Below are positions 22,933 to 36,195 of a stretch of DNA of 64,000 bases, in pieces. A model generated the notes under the pieces. It was not told the DNA's origin. It saw nothing but the letters and a program-made list of their open reading frames with translations, and did no database searches. Each line of letters starts with the position of its first letter. Positions within the stretch are counted from its first letter, which is position 1. The DNA is taken from assembly GCA_024704765.1 (NCBI GenBank), contig JAKMXF010000018.1, positions 1-64,000 of the forward strand, given 5' to 3'. The position numbers and the translations under genes are program-made. The stretch is from Oopsacas minuta. Lineage: Eukaryota > Animalia > Porifera.

Positions 22933-23712
22933 TTTATCCTAGAAATGATTGCTGAGTGTTTATGAGTATTAGGGGTACAAATTTTGTCTTTTTATAGCCA
23001 TCAGATATGTGTACGTGTTAGAATATATGTCTCAGTAATTCTTGTCACATCTGTGTATATGGTTGTATCCAATTTGTGAGATTTCTATCAGTGTGTAGTC
23101 ACCTATGTTAATTCAAAAGATGGAATTTTAATTCAGTTTGCTTACTCTGTATAGATTCCATTGTGCCAGTTCTGTAGTGTAGCAGATGCTCACTTGTAGA
23201 AGTTTGTTATTTGTCTTCGAAATATTTCTTGGATTTCCAAGTTTTACAAACAATGTAGGCTATTGTTTTGACAACAGGAGACATCCTCTTACCAATTACT
23301 GCCTCTGTTCAGTTAGCATAACTATAATCCGATTTGGTTGTCAAGTAACATGTGTCATGACCTGACCAAGCAGTTAGCATGCTTCCTGTAGGCTCTTCTG
23401 AGGAGTATAAATACTGAATTATTTAATAGTCTATCTTTGTGGTTTTTATTTGTATAATATTTGTTAATAGTGTCATTGTAAGTTTATTCATATAATACTC
23501 ACATAATACCCGCGTTATCGACTTTCAGGACGATCTCGTATCTGACCCGGTTTTATGAGTGTCATGCACCGTTGGAATGTTACCAGGGGTAGCCCCAGAG
23601 ATACGTAGATAATTCTTTTGCTTACAAATGGTCATAAGTGTGACATAATAGACGGCTCCCGATAACATCCAACTGTTCGTATCGCTTCTCTCACCCCGGT
23701 TGTAATCTAGGC

Positions 23713-23789
23713 CAGGGTTCCTCCACCTGTGGTCCAAGGACCCCATTTAAATAGAGGGGGTCTGCAAGTGAAAAGGTGGAGTACTACTG
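23713..23789. mobile_element. Short hAT(Charlie)-like MITE
   Basis: CAGGGTTCCTCCACCT..GGACCCC..GGGGTC..AGGTGGAGTACTACTG. Related CAG.GGTTCCCAACCT-type ends lie at ~20619, ~41888, ~54193 and ~59656. Confidence 0.55.
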
Positions 23790-24002
23790 AATTATACTAA
23801 GACCCCCAGCAGTCATATTGTCCCATAAAAATGCAGAATACAGTAGGTCAGGTTTCACCCATGGCATCTGTTTGTCTAGAGTGTATCATAATCATACCAA
23901 GGATTACATATAATACACAACCACATCGTTTGTATAGAATCTACAATACACTGTCTGTTACTCCGTTCATTCACCATTTAGTCCTAATCATAATTGAACA
24001 CA

Positions 24003-25702
24003 ATGGGTAAGGCAAAGAAAGATGATCGGATGACCTTTTGGCAGAATTTTATTTCTGGAGGTATAGCGGGTGTTACTAGTCGTACAATTACCAGTCCTCT
24101 TGATGTCGTTAAGATTCTGTTTCAGGTGGGAACTAAAGATACGAAGCAGGGATTCCTCAAGTCATTCAAGAATATTTACACGAATGAGGGGATACGTGCA
24201 TTTTGGAAAGGTGAGTTATCTAAATCTGGGAATTATTCCCAGGCCCTTTACGATTCTTTTAAGATTATATGAAACCGCCCCCTTGGAATCGACGTATTCC
24301 CTCCATTAGTACCTCTTAGTTGCTATTCCTCATACATTTCTGATTGTCCCTACTACTAGTATTGGATAGATTCTCTATCTGTGTGTAGGTAATGGAATTG
24401 CTTGTATCCGTCTATTCCCTTATACCGCTATTCAATTCGCTGCATTCAACAAATTCAAACTTATGCTTGTTGATGATGAGGGTCGTCTCTCTCCCTGGAA
24501 AGCTCTCATAGCAGGTAGTGGCGGTGGTATCACTGCTACTGTTACTACATACCCTACTGACATGGTTAAGACACGTCTAACTGCCCAGCATACTGATCCA
24601 ACTAAGAAAGCGTATAAGGGAATATTTGATGCGTTTAGGAGGATTTTTGCTGATGAGGGAATTCTAGCTTTCTACAAAGGAATGTCTACCTCTATTATTG
24701 GTGAGTTTATAGGGAATAGTACGTGTATTGCTACTCACAAGGGTGTTCTTATGTACAATTCATTATTGTATGTCCCCTAAGGTGTAATCCCATTCGCTGG
24801 AGGTACCTTCATGGCCTACGAGGTGTTGGACAGGGCTTGGGACAAACCAAAGTCCCAGATGACTCCAATGGAGAACTTTATCAATGGTTGTCTTGCTGCT
24901 GCATTCGCTCAGGTTAGACTATAATTATGCTTTCCCCTTTGTCTTGTTAATATCTACCCATTATTCCGTTCTAACCTAATATGACTTATGTTTCTGTAAT
25001 TATATTAATACAGCTATGATGAGTAGAACTGGTCCGTGTATCTGAGTACCTCTTTGATAACTAGTTCCTCTCTGAGCTGTTATTAATCCTACATACTCGT
25101 GTATTAGCTCCTGGCTCACTGGATTATTATATTATTTGTTTGTTTATAGACATTCAGCTTCCCATTTGATACCATCCGTAAGAAGTTACAGGTAAGTAAC
25201 ATACCATTACTCCAATCCGTATCTAAGGATATTTAGTGATTCTAAACATTGAATACTTATTACCTTATCAAACAGCTGTTTACACTATATGTTTATTTGT
25301 TTGTTGTTTAGGCTCAGAGCAAAGCTCTAGCAGGTGGTGGTGGTGTTGACATCCAGTTCACAGGAATGGCTGATGCTTTCGTACAGACAGTTAAGAAGAA
25401 TGGATTCTTTGGTCTATGGTCTGGGACAATGGCTAATCTAGCTAAAGTGAGTTATGGAGAATTGAGTTACTTTGGCTGGTCCTGCCAAATTCATATTGGA
25501 TATCTCTTATATAATTGTCTCCCCTATATAGGTAGCACCATATGCAGGACTAATGTTTATGGCATTTGAAGCATCAAAGAGAGTATTCCTGTACTCTAAC
25601 GGTTATACCTCTTCTCCCTGGCAGGATCTCCCTAAGCCAGGAGTAGACCAGAGCTTGAAACCAGATGAATTAGCCAAATGGCTAGCTACACAGAAGAAAT
25701 AA
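24003..25702 (+). CDS. SLC25A43: Mitochondrial carrier, SLC25A43-like; multi-exon
   Basis: Three carrier repeats with Px(D/E)xx(K/R) signatures (SPLDVVK, YPTDMVK, FPFDTIRK) and EG...FWKG / EG..AFYKG motifs. Subfamily assignment rests on the N-terminus (DDRMTFWQNFISGG..QVG) and C-terminus. Confidence 0.8.
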
Positions 25703-26151
25703 CTGTCTACATATTCATTAGCTAGTATAATATCTATCTCTCTTAGTTCGTGTTAGTTCGAATACGTATATGTTAATATTATTGTGTTACATTCTGTTAT
25801 CTAGCAATTACATATGTGTACTCTGTATATTACTATTTTATATGGGGGGTTAGCTCGATAGGATGCCCCTGGGTGTCTCATAGTCGGTACTGTGTCCTGT
25901 AACGGTTTAATAGCCCTACTGATTAGATATGAATAAACTGGTTAATGCCTGGATGGTTATAGACAAAGGTCTATATTTTCACGGGATGTTAACATAGCAA
26001 CCATAACACACCTAGGAATGCACCACAATAATATGTATTCTGAAAACTTATAATAATTCCAGTCTGGTTAGTAAGAGACGGAAGCCATACTATACCAGTA
26101 TATATATTATATTCATATAGTATTCTGTGATATGATATTAGTATTGATATT

Positions 26152-29100
26152 ATGGAGATTGTTTATTTGTTTGTTTATTTTGTATTCATATGGAATGTTG
26201 TTTGTTTGGACCTGTTTGTTTACGAGGAGCAACCAGTGGGTACAAGTATAGGTACACCCATAGACAATGGATATGAATACAGGTGATATATGATATCTAA
26301 ATTCTCCTCTTGGAGTAATTATATTTGTTATTTGTTGTGTAGTTTTAGTTCTGAACAATTATATTTTGAGATAAACACAAATACGAGTGAGATTACTACA
26401 CTGGTGGAGTTTGATACTGATAGATTATCATATGATACTATCACCTTACAGGTAAGTAAACAGACAAACATATTTAGACATCTTCCTAGATTACTCACAT
26501 TCCACACACCTTCCATAATTCAATTTATACTTTCCGTATTTCCTATTAGATAAGATGGTCACTACACCAACCAATCAACACTTTAGCTTATACCACAGTC
26601 ACTATTCTAATATTAGACATAAATGACAATAAACCTTTGTTCCCTACTTCAGGGGAGACAGTGTTATTCTCAGAGAGATCAGCTGTTGGATTCAATATGG
26701 AACTAAGTCATGCTATAGATCCAGATTCAGGTGTTAACGGGACAATTACATATTCCCTAGCTACAGCACTCAGCGAGGGGTTACTTATATCTGACATTCC
26801 ATTTGAACTGAACGTAACTAGGTTACCTGATGTGTATCTACAAGTCACAGATATGTTAGATTATGAGACCAAAAGTATTTATCAGGTATATATTCACATT
26901 TTCACACCTTTCTTTGGTCGATTTTATACATATTTATAGCTCATACTTGTTGCTGAGGACGGCGGATCTCCACCAATGAAATCACAGCTTTCAGTGATTG
27001 TACAAATATTAGATGTAAATGATCAAATACCAAAGTTCTTAAGTGGTAACTATAGTTACAGTATTCCTGAAGGATCAGATGTTGGAGAGGTGTTAGGTAG
27101 AGTACAGGCTATTGACACAGATACAGGTGTGAAGATTAATCATATGAACAGTATACTCCGATTAATCTGGTCCCAATGTGACCCAAGCGGAGTCTACTGT
27201 ATTTATTGTTACCCTATATAGGTCTAGGTGGTAGAGTGCTGTACTCATTGATTGAAGATAACATTCCTATTCCATTCTCTGTTGCTATGGACGGTATTAT
27301 TACAGTTACTGGGGAGATTGATTATGAAAATATTTCACATTATTCTTTCCAAATAAGAGCTGATAACCAAATACCTGTGAGTTATTGTGGTTGTTATGAT
27401 AATTTTCACACCTTCTGGTAATAATCGAGGTTGCGCTGTGTATATATATTTATTTACCATATGATTAATCATATTTTGACACGTTCTCGCAGGAACCCGA
27501 GCTGCACTACAAGTCTGTCGGCTATACATTGTTGTTATTTACATATTTCATTAGTTACAGCCTTCAACACCTAAAAACTACTCATCAGCTGATGTATTTG
27601 TACAAGTAACAGATATTAATGACAACATTCCTGGTATACGGTTCAGAGATGGTCAATACAGGCTTAGAATGGGACTAGAAGAGGAACTAATGTGTCCGAT
27701 AGCTGATCCTCTCACGTGTGAATTCATTACACAGCTCAGAGGAACACAGAACCAAAGGTGTTACAAACTGGAACTATAGAATTTATATACATATGTTATT
27801 TTATAATTGTTTAGGTGTTTGATAGAGGTTGGTATCCTGGAGGACATGGACTCTGGAGGTAATGGAGAGGTTATTGGTGTTACCCTGGGTCCTATTGGGT
27901 TAGAATACTTCACACCTATCATATGCAATGTAAGTATGTATAGAGTAGATCACTAATCTAATTAAGGAAATTCTAGAATTTTCGATTTTACTGTATTGAA
28001 TTTATTTGTATTTATACCAGTCTCTACGCTTAATGAGCAGAACAGCTGTATTTATATACAATCACGCGGGTATGGACAGAGAAAACCAGACAGCGTTCTA
28101 CTTTGCTATGAGCCTACAGGATGGAGGTACTCCTACCCTACAATCTGATTGGCGCCTGGAGGTAGTACTCAGTGACATTAACGATAATACTCCTGTATTC
28201 ACTGAGAATATCTATGGGGTCTCATTAGCTGAGAATATTTCTAATTATACTATTATTATCAGGGTAAGTTGTAAGGTGTTACTATTATCACATTTATAGC
28301 TCTGTTAATTATCACGTTTACAACTAACAGTGCCTTTATCGCATGTGCATTGAGGCCAAGGGGTCTAATATTTGGCCTCATAATTTGGAGGGTCCTGGTT
28401 GCCTAGTAACGAGTCAGGAATGTCTATAGGTATCAGCTGTTGATAGAGATAATGGTGTTAACGGTATAGTACAATATAGTATAGTAGAAGTATTACCTAA
28501 TGAAGCAAGGACATTCCTAGCTATAGATTCTGTTGCTGGGGAAATAAGGTTAGTTATGACAAACACATTTGTAAGCATTTCTCAGAAATGTGCTAATATT
28601 TCATTTTGATATTTATAAGTTACTCCTTTGGGGTATTAATCATATGTGTATATGTAATATTATAGGACGATAGGAGCCTTGGACAGAGAGAGCCTTGGAT
28701 CAAAAATTGAGATAGCTGTCCAAGCAACAGACTCAGGAGCTCCACCCCTATCCTCTACTTCACACGTAGTTATAACTCTAACAGATATAAACGATAACAT
28801 TCCTATCTTCCTAGATGGTATCTATGATATTAATGTATTCGAGAATACTGATATCAATACTGTTATAGCTAATGTATCAGCTGTTGATATGGATACAGGA
28901 TTTGCTGGTGACGTCAGGTAACACCTTATTAATATACATGTATTGGATTTCTTATTGGGGTATTGGACTAAAGATTGTTAATACGAACACCAACGGACGA
29001 ACAAGTTAAAATCTGTTCTTATTAAGCGGGAATTCGTATTGACGAGGTTACACTGTACTTGCTATAAACTGGAATTAACACCTTTTAGATACAGTATAGA

Positions 29101-32100
29101 GATTAACAGTATAATTAAGATAGACAGTGAGACAGGAGATGTTATCCTTCTATCCTCCTTGGATTATGAGACTAATCAGCTGTTTGAATATACTATTACA
29201 GCTAGTGATAGATCTGTCCCTCGGCTATTTAGTACAGTACAGATTAGGATCCATGTAATGGACTATAATGATAATACTCCGGTGTTTGTTGAGACTACTC
29301 TGAGAGGTGAGAAGTGGTGTTGTGTATATAATATATGGCAATTAGCCGATACAGTGGATACCGGTTATAAGAACTTATGTTGATAATCTCAATATGGTTA
29401 TTATTATTACATAATAGCTATTACTGTATTGTTGTCCTCTAGCTATAGTTCTAGAAGATGTAGAGACAGGATCAGCTGTTCATCAGCTGATCGCTACAGA
29501 TGCCGACTCGAATCTTAATGGAGAAATTACATTCCTTCCTCTTAACCAATCAAATCCATTCTCTCTCTCAGAAAACGGAGTTATAACAACCAATCAAATT
29601 CTAGACAGAGAGACTACTCCTATTTATACTTTATCTGTGGTAGCTAGAGACAATGCTCTGACCAATCAGCTGTCAGCTTCTGCTATTCTTAATATCATTA
29701 TAAATGATGTAGATGATTCCCCGCCCAAATTTAGCTATAATCATATGATTATTAGTTTGTTAACCAATCAAATGCTGCCTTTGTTGATAGGTAAGTTGTT
29801 TGTTTGTTTGTTTGTTTGTTTGTTTGTTTGTTTATTTGTTTTTGTTTACTTCTAACAGGTCCCTCTCTTGTTACCGATGAAGATATAAACACAATTCAAT
29901 GCTCTATCTCTGACCAATCAAATCAATTCTTATTCACTTCAGATAGAAATTTGTGCCACTTATACATCACTATGCCACTTTCCGACACTTTCAAACTTCC
30001 TCTACAAGCACAGGACACTGATAATATTATCCAATCAGATGTCAGGGTTGATATTACGTCACTAACAAATGACACTATTAATAGCTCTCTTGTAATAGAG
30101 CTGTCAGATATTGGACCAATAGAATTCCTAGATTCTTTATTTGGCGCCTTTCAATCAGCTGTTTCTAATCATTTCAAACTCCATATATGGTCATTTATAC
30201 CTTCTCCTGTAAACCAATCAGATTTGAGAGTTCTCCTATCAGCTGTAGATGTAGAATCTGGCGCCCTTTTATCAGCTGATGATCTGCTACAAGAACTGAG
30301 AATAAATGTTACTATAAATAGAATATCACCTTGTCAACAAAATAATATTTGTTTAAGAGGTGATTGTGTTGACAGAGTTGTTGTCCAATCAGATTCAGGC
30401 CTCTATGTGACGAATACTTCACACCTTTTCTACTCGCTTGACTTTTATACAATTCAGACCTGTGTCTGTGAGGACAAGTACATAGGGAAGAGGTGTGAGA
30501 GGAGAGTTAATCCTTGTACCGATTATACACCCTGTATGAATCATGGATTCTGTACTTACTATCCAGTAGAAGACGAGTATGTTTGTTTCTGCCAGAAACT
30601 ATTCACAGGTACCTTTAATTAACACCCCAGGGGATCATGATATGATAAAAATGTTCCTCTGTGTGCTTATTAGTTATTTAACCATGGATGTCATTTTGAG
30701 GACTCCTCGCTTGGTTGGAGTGAGATTTGTATTTACCATCCATGGTTAATTATCTATAAGGGGCCATTTGTTATTCTTTTAACAATATTCTAGGTTTAAA
30801 CTGTGAGACACCACTGAGCATATGCGCAAGCAATCCTTGCAATAATGGAGATTGTGTCGATCAGGGTAACACCTTTAGATGCATATGTCCTCCTGGGTAT
30901 ACAGGAGATAGATGTGAAGTATACCTAGGGTTCTGTCCAACTAATGGAGCCAACCCTTGTAACAACGGAGGTACATGTGTGGATGGAGAGGACGGATATA
31001 ACTGTGTGTGTCCTCACGGATTTGTTGGTGAGTATAACTTGATATATGTATTGACCTATCAGATTTGAGGGTTCACCCAGATATATATATATATATATTT
31101 TGACACTATTTTAGGAGAAATATGTCAAACATCAACACTCTGCTTCTTACATACTTCTTATGTTCAATATGGAACTAACACCTTATCATCTCTTACAAGT
31201 ATCCCACACACCCGAGCAGATATACATATATCCTTCAGTATGAAAACTACACAACATTCCGGAATCCTGATCTATCTCCAGGGAGACGATATGTTACTAT
31301 ATTTAGAACTAATAAATAGTTCTATACACTATCTGGGAAGATCGATACAGGAAACTGATTCTTCAGATTTTGTAGAGATATATCCTACTGTTAACGTGTC
31401 AGATGGATTGTGGCATACTGTGACACTAAAGAGCTTTATTCATGTAGGTTATATACATATTTTCACACCTTTTCTATTCTATAAGTAGAGAAGCGTGACT
31501 ATATATTTCAACTGCTAACCAGAGTATTATAAAAATTGGATAATTCTAGAATATTCCATAGAATTCCTCAATTATAGAGGTGAATAGGAATGTAGGAATG
31601 TTTTACCAAATCACAAGCAAAAATTTCGAGATTTTCACACTTTTTGACGTCACAGATTCACATATTTATCACCATTCCCCGCTTATATCTTGTATAGGAA
31701 GGTTTCGCATCTCTTACAATTGACAACAATAGCCCTCTATCTGGCGCCCAAACTGACTCACTAGATCAGCTGGGATTACGTAGACAAGCTAGACTAGCAA
31801 CAGAAATGTGAGTTTGGAATGTGTAATATTTGCAATAATTAAAATATCCTTTTTCTAGTGTTATCCCGCCTATTTCAATTCCTTTAACAATTGGAGGATT
31901 AACCAATCATTTACCAGAGTTATTATATCATCCAGCTGGTAATCTGAATATGGAATTATCTGGTATTAACACCTATGCTAACTTCCTGTTACGTAACAAC
32001 TCAGTACTAGATTATACAGGTGCTATACGGAACCTTAGTGTTAATGGAGTGTTACTGTCTATATCGGGTGCTAGTTCTAGTAGACAGGTGAGAATTATAT

Positions 32101-35100
32101 GGATATACATAGTAGACACTTACACCCAGAGGGGTCTTGTCATATGATTAATCATATCCTGTACTTTAGGTTATATCATCTGCTAGGGAGACAGGAGAAT
32201 GTGAGCTAGACAGAGCCTGCTCTCTACCAACACCATGTTCTGATAGAGGAATATGTGTACAACATGATACTGATCATGTATGTATATGTAATGATGGTTA
32301 TGGAGGAAAGGAATGTCAAATAGGTGAGGATATCTCAGGTTCCTATAATGATTATTCAGTTCGTATTGACAGTCAGTTGATGTTTATAATGTACTCAATT
32401 TGTTTACATGTATCATATCAATATTTGTTTACATATATCATATCAATATTTGTTTACGAATGAATCTTCACACAAATCCTTACTGATACTATTTTTAGAA
32501 ATAATCCCCATAACTCTGAATGGAAAAGGCGCCATATCCTACCAGCTGTCTAACTTAACAATTGAATATCACCTCAGGACGCTATCTGATTGGTCGATTA
32601 TAAACAGAACATTAACACGACAATATGAGTACGGATTAACACCTCAGAAAGAGTCTTACGGGAGGAGATTAACACCCAGACAGTATATTGAAGTAGATTT
32701 TAGAACCCGGAGTGATGATGGTATTATCTTGACAACCAGAGATACACTTAACTATGCTATTTTAGAGGTAATTATAATTGTCAGGCAAAGATATACATAT
32801 GATTAATTTTCACACCTTTTAGGTATCTGGTGGTCATATCCGGTTCCGGCTAGGAACTCATATTCCTCCTGAGACCTCCTATATCGATACAACTCTCCCA
32901 GAGACTGTAACCAATGCATCGCTATTCACAGTTAACGTAACCATGACGAGAGAGGGTGTAGAGCTATTTATAGGTTCTGAAGATGGTAATGCTTCTCATT
33001 GGGTGGAGTTACCCAATCAGATTGCATGGTTAGAAGCTAATGCTCCAGTACAGCTGGTTTTAGGCGGGAAATACGATACAGTACTAACTGATTACATTAA
33101 GACTTCTCAAAACTTCTATGGTATGTAATTTAGTCTATTTTAGAACAGTTCCTATAGGGAACAGTTATAGTACCATCCAGGGGGCGAAATTGGTATACTA
33201 GGGTGTTGATATTTACAAAATATAGAGATTTATGTTTATTAATTTACAAATAATAAACAAACAAACTAGTAATATATTTGTAGAGGGTAGTTCTCATTAT
33301 ATGACACACTAACTAATCTCCCGTTTGGAGTTATAGCTATTCCTCGGGGTTCAAATAACATTCCTTGTTGGTGTCCCTCTGTTCCTATCGTGTGTAGGAG
33401 ATTGCCTTCTGGAGAGAATACCCGAATTGAGTGAGAGTATCTATCGCTAATAACAAAGTTGTTAAGTGGATCTAGACAGAAGAAGAGAGGGCATAACACA
33501 TCCATTCCTTCTCCACAAGTAATGAGGGAGTGTAGCTTGTCTCCCTCTAGGGTTAACACGTGCATACACGGGTTGTTATATGGACACAGTACGTACACGC
33601 GGTCACGTGACACTTTAACATCAGATGGTTTTGTCATTAACTGATGAGTAATGTTACGGAGATGATTCAGGTCTGTGTCGTGTATACTGATTCTGTTGTT
33701 ACCGGTATCTGCCATAAACACGTGACCAATGGGATCTGTTGTTAGTTGTCTAGGATAGTTGAATTGTCCGTTGTTTGGTCCCTCACCTCCTATCTTCCTA
33801 ACAATACTCATGTCAGTTAGTGTGAATTGGTTTATAGTGCCATCTCTCCAGCAGCTGACATACACATTCTCTCTGTGTATAGCTATACCCCATGGCATAT
33901 TCAGCTGTCCTACACCCAGCTGATTGAGGTACTCTCCTGTATCAGAGAATATCTCTACTCTCTTATTGCCAAAATTAGCTACGAATATTTGGTGTGTATA
34001 TTCATGTATAGCTACACCGCATGGAAAATACAACTCGCCAGGATCTGAACCTCTCTTCCCAGTAGCAACAGTGGAAGTTTGGAATTTATCATAATCTGGT
34101 ACTCCTACTGGTACCTGTACGATCTCTCCTAGATGGGAAATGCTCGTTTCTAGGTCACGTGTGTCACACTTCCACTTTAATTGTGTCTCTACGGGGATAT
34201 TATTTTGCAGGTCTCGTAATTTGTCCTCCATTTCTTGGACAATTCTCTCCTGCATCGATTGGAGGGGATTTTCTCTTAGGTCTCCTTGGACGTGTGCCTG
34301 AGCCTCTGTCAGTTGGTCGATCATTTGTTGTCTCGTGATCTCTGAGGCTCTCTTCTCCTCACGTATGTTACGGACTTGCTCCAGCAACTGAACTCTGCGG
34401 ACATTCAGTAGCCCTATGAGACCATCTATTGTGTAGTTGATGTGTGTCTCTATGGGGTCGACAACTTGAGGGGCTATTGGATATCTTTCTGCCATTTGAT
34501 TGGTTATTAGAAGAATATTTGAATAGTTGATATAGGAATTGGTTGCTAGGGATAATCTTGTGTATTTATGGTTGTGTATGAATTGAGTTTTGTAACAACA
34601 AAACAACAATAATAATAAGATGATGTGAGTATATTATTTACAGAATAAACACGAGGTTATGCAGGTGTATGTTATTGTGTCTCGTTGCTAGGATACTGTA
34701 AGGAATGTGGTTGAAAGTTCTTTATCAGTAAACTTATTTTGTATAATTTACAAGTTTGAATAACAAAAACATTAAATTTCCTATTTTGTTTTCGCTCTGC
34801 TGTTCACACCTTTAGAGATTAAGACACCATATTTGGCATGTATACTCGTAGTGAGATCTAGTCGTGAACTTGACATTTGAAAAGTTTCTAATGTGTATAT
34901 TTTCACACCTTTTGATACCTTTGTAATTTATACATATTTGCATAAAATTAGTTTTGGTAGAGTGTTTGTAATCTAATTAGCTCTGTAATGTATTTGTATT
35001 CATGTAGACTGTAATTCTATTATATATATATATATATATATATATACACTGATTTATCATATGATTAATCATATTTTCACACCTTTTGGTGAATATCTCA

Positions 35101-36195
35101 AGTTTATCCTAGAATATTTGGTGTGACTATTATCCCTAATTACATTATAGGATGTGTTAATGGTATAAAAGTAGCAGGCAGACAACTACCATTACATGAA
35201 CCAATCAATGGAGAGTTCGGAATATATTCACAGCTGTTAGGACAGATAGAAGATAGGTGTGATAATTATGGCATATGTACAGCTACTTCCTGTCCTAGAG
35301 AGACTACTTGTATTCCTGTGTGGACTGGTATAAGGTTAGTTCCATATTCTAACACCTTTTGAGTGGATATACAGTTAACTCGGGTCACATGTCCTTTAGG
35401 TGTGAATGTGAGCTTGGTAAGCGTTATGACACTACAACAGAGAGCTGTGAAGACATAGATGATTGTCTGGAGTCCTCTGGTGTCCCCTGTTATAACGGGG
35501 GTGTATGTATAGACGGAATCAACTCATATACCTGTAGCTGTAGTATGGTATATACAGGATCTGATTGTTTACATATAAATGGTGTTACTATTATGATAAT
35601 ATTAATTGTGATTATTCTATTCTTTGCTGTTGTTTTGTTGCCATTTATTCTCTGGTTGTTGTTCAGGCTTATTGCTCAGAGGTTTGTTGTTATTTGTTTT
35701 ATGATTATACACATTTTTGTTTACTCATTTAGTTCTTTTAGGAACAAAAACAAACATTCAAAGAGAGATAATTATTCAAAATCAAACAATTCTCAACAAC
35801 AAATTCAAAAACTTAAAAAACACACACAACAATTTATGGAAAATATACAATCAAGAATTATGAGAAGAAATAGACCCGCAAGGAACCTCTCTCCTCCCTT
35901 GAGGAACACTTCTCCTCCCTTGAGGAACATTTCTCCACCCTTGAGGAACATTTCTCCTCCTCTAGCTAACTACCCCCCTGAATACTACGAAATGAATTCT
36001 CGATCGAAGTTTCCAGAAACTCGTAGAGCACATACTTTTCCAAGTTCTAACATTCCTAAGCGTAACCATAGCAATACAATGCCCCCCAGACCTTACAGTC
36101 CACCTATATCTAACCCTATGAGTCCTGAGCCTGTGAATTCCATTCCTGGAAAACGGTTGATAAGGACATTTAATATCTATGATCAGTTTATATAA
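26152..36195 (+). CDS. Cadherin-EGF-LamininG single-pass receptor (Fat/classical-cadherin-like ectodomain, atypical Pro-rich tail); many exons
   Basis: Signal peptide MEIVYLFVYFVFIWNVVC, then EEQPVGT. Multiple EC repeats (LDYE, LDRE, DxNDNxP), EGF repeats (30.3-31.0 kb, 32.2 kb, 35.3-35.6 kb), two LamG-like regions (DGLWHTV; VDFRTRSDDGIIL; FYGCVNG), a TM at ~35585-35670 and a tail to the stop at 36195. Confidence 0.85.
28977..29047. repeat. Short dispersed inverted-repeat element shared with 49126-49175
   Basis: GTTAATACGAACACCAACGGAC ... AATTCGTATT(G/A)ACGAG is present at both sites, both intronic. Confidence 0.55.
30656..30760. mobile_element. MITE family B copy in a cadherin intron
   Basis: CCTCTGTGTGCTTATTAGTTATTTAACCATGGATG ... 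CATCCATGGTTAATT, with internal CCTCGCTTGGTT. Confidence 0.65.
33266..34495 (-). CDS. Coiled-coil/NHL-repeat protein (409 aa), intronless, nested antisense in cadherin intron 33121-35150
   Basis: The likely start is MAERYPIAPQ at 34495; the track start at 34609 is non-ATG low-complexity sequence. Highly similar to 3..923. The host intron joins ..NFYG|CVNG.. in phase. Confidence 0.92.
   Translation of the reverse strand: MAERYPIAPQVVDPIETHINYTIDGLIGLLNVRRVQLLEQVRNIREEKRASEITRQQMIDQLTEAQAHVQGDLRENPLQSMQERIVQEMEDKLRDLQNNIPVETQLKWKCDTRDLETSISHLGEIVQVPVGVPDYDKFQTSTVATGKRGSDPGELYFPCGVAIHEYTHQIFVANFGNKRVEIFSDTGEYLNQLGVGQLNMPWGIAIHRENVYVSCWRDGTINQFTLTDMSIVRKIGGEGPNNGQFNYPRQLTTDPIGHVFMADTGNNRISIHDTDLNHLRNITHQLMTKPSDVKVSRDRVYVLCPYNNPCMHVLTLEGDKLHSLITCGEGMDVLCPLFFCLDPLNNFVISDRYSHSIRVFSPEGNLLHTIGTEGHQQGMLFEPRGIAITPNGRLVSVSYNENYPLQIYY
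34606..34764 (-). promoter_or_regulatory. Upstream module of the nested NHL gene (copy of 1481-1635)
   Basis: Direct sequence match; contains GTTGCTAGGATAC at 34684-34696. Confidence 0.6.
35878..35962 (+). repeat. Four 21-bp coding repeats (RN[L/T/I]SPPL) in the cadherin cytoplasmic tail
   Basis: TTGAGGAACA(C/T)TTCTCC(T/A)CCC tandem units. Confidence 0.9.

Noticed and set aside
33266-34495. Horizontal transfer from bacteria as the origin of the intronless NHL genes
   Set aside because: Composition matches the flanking host DNA, and intronless copies are equally explained by retroposition or duplication. This cannot be supported without a phylogeny.
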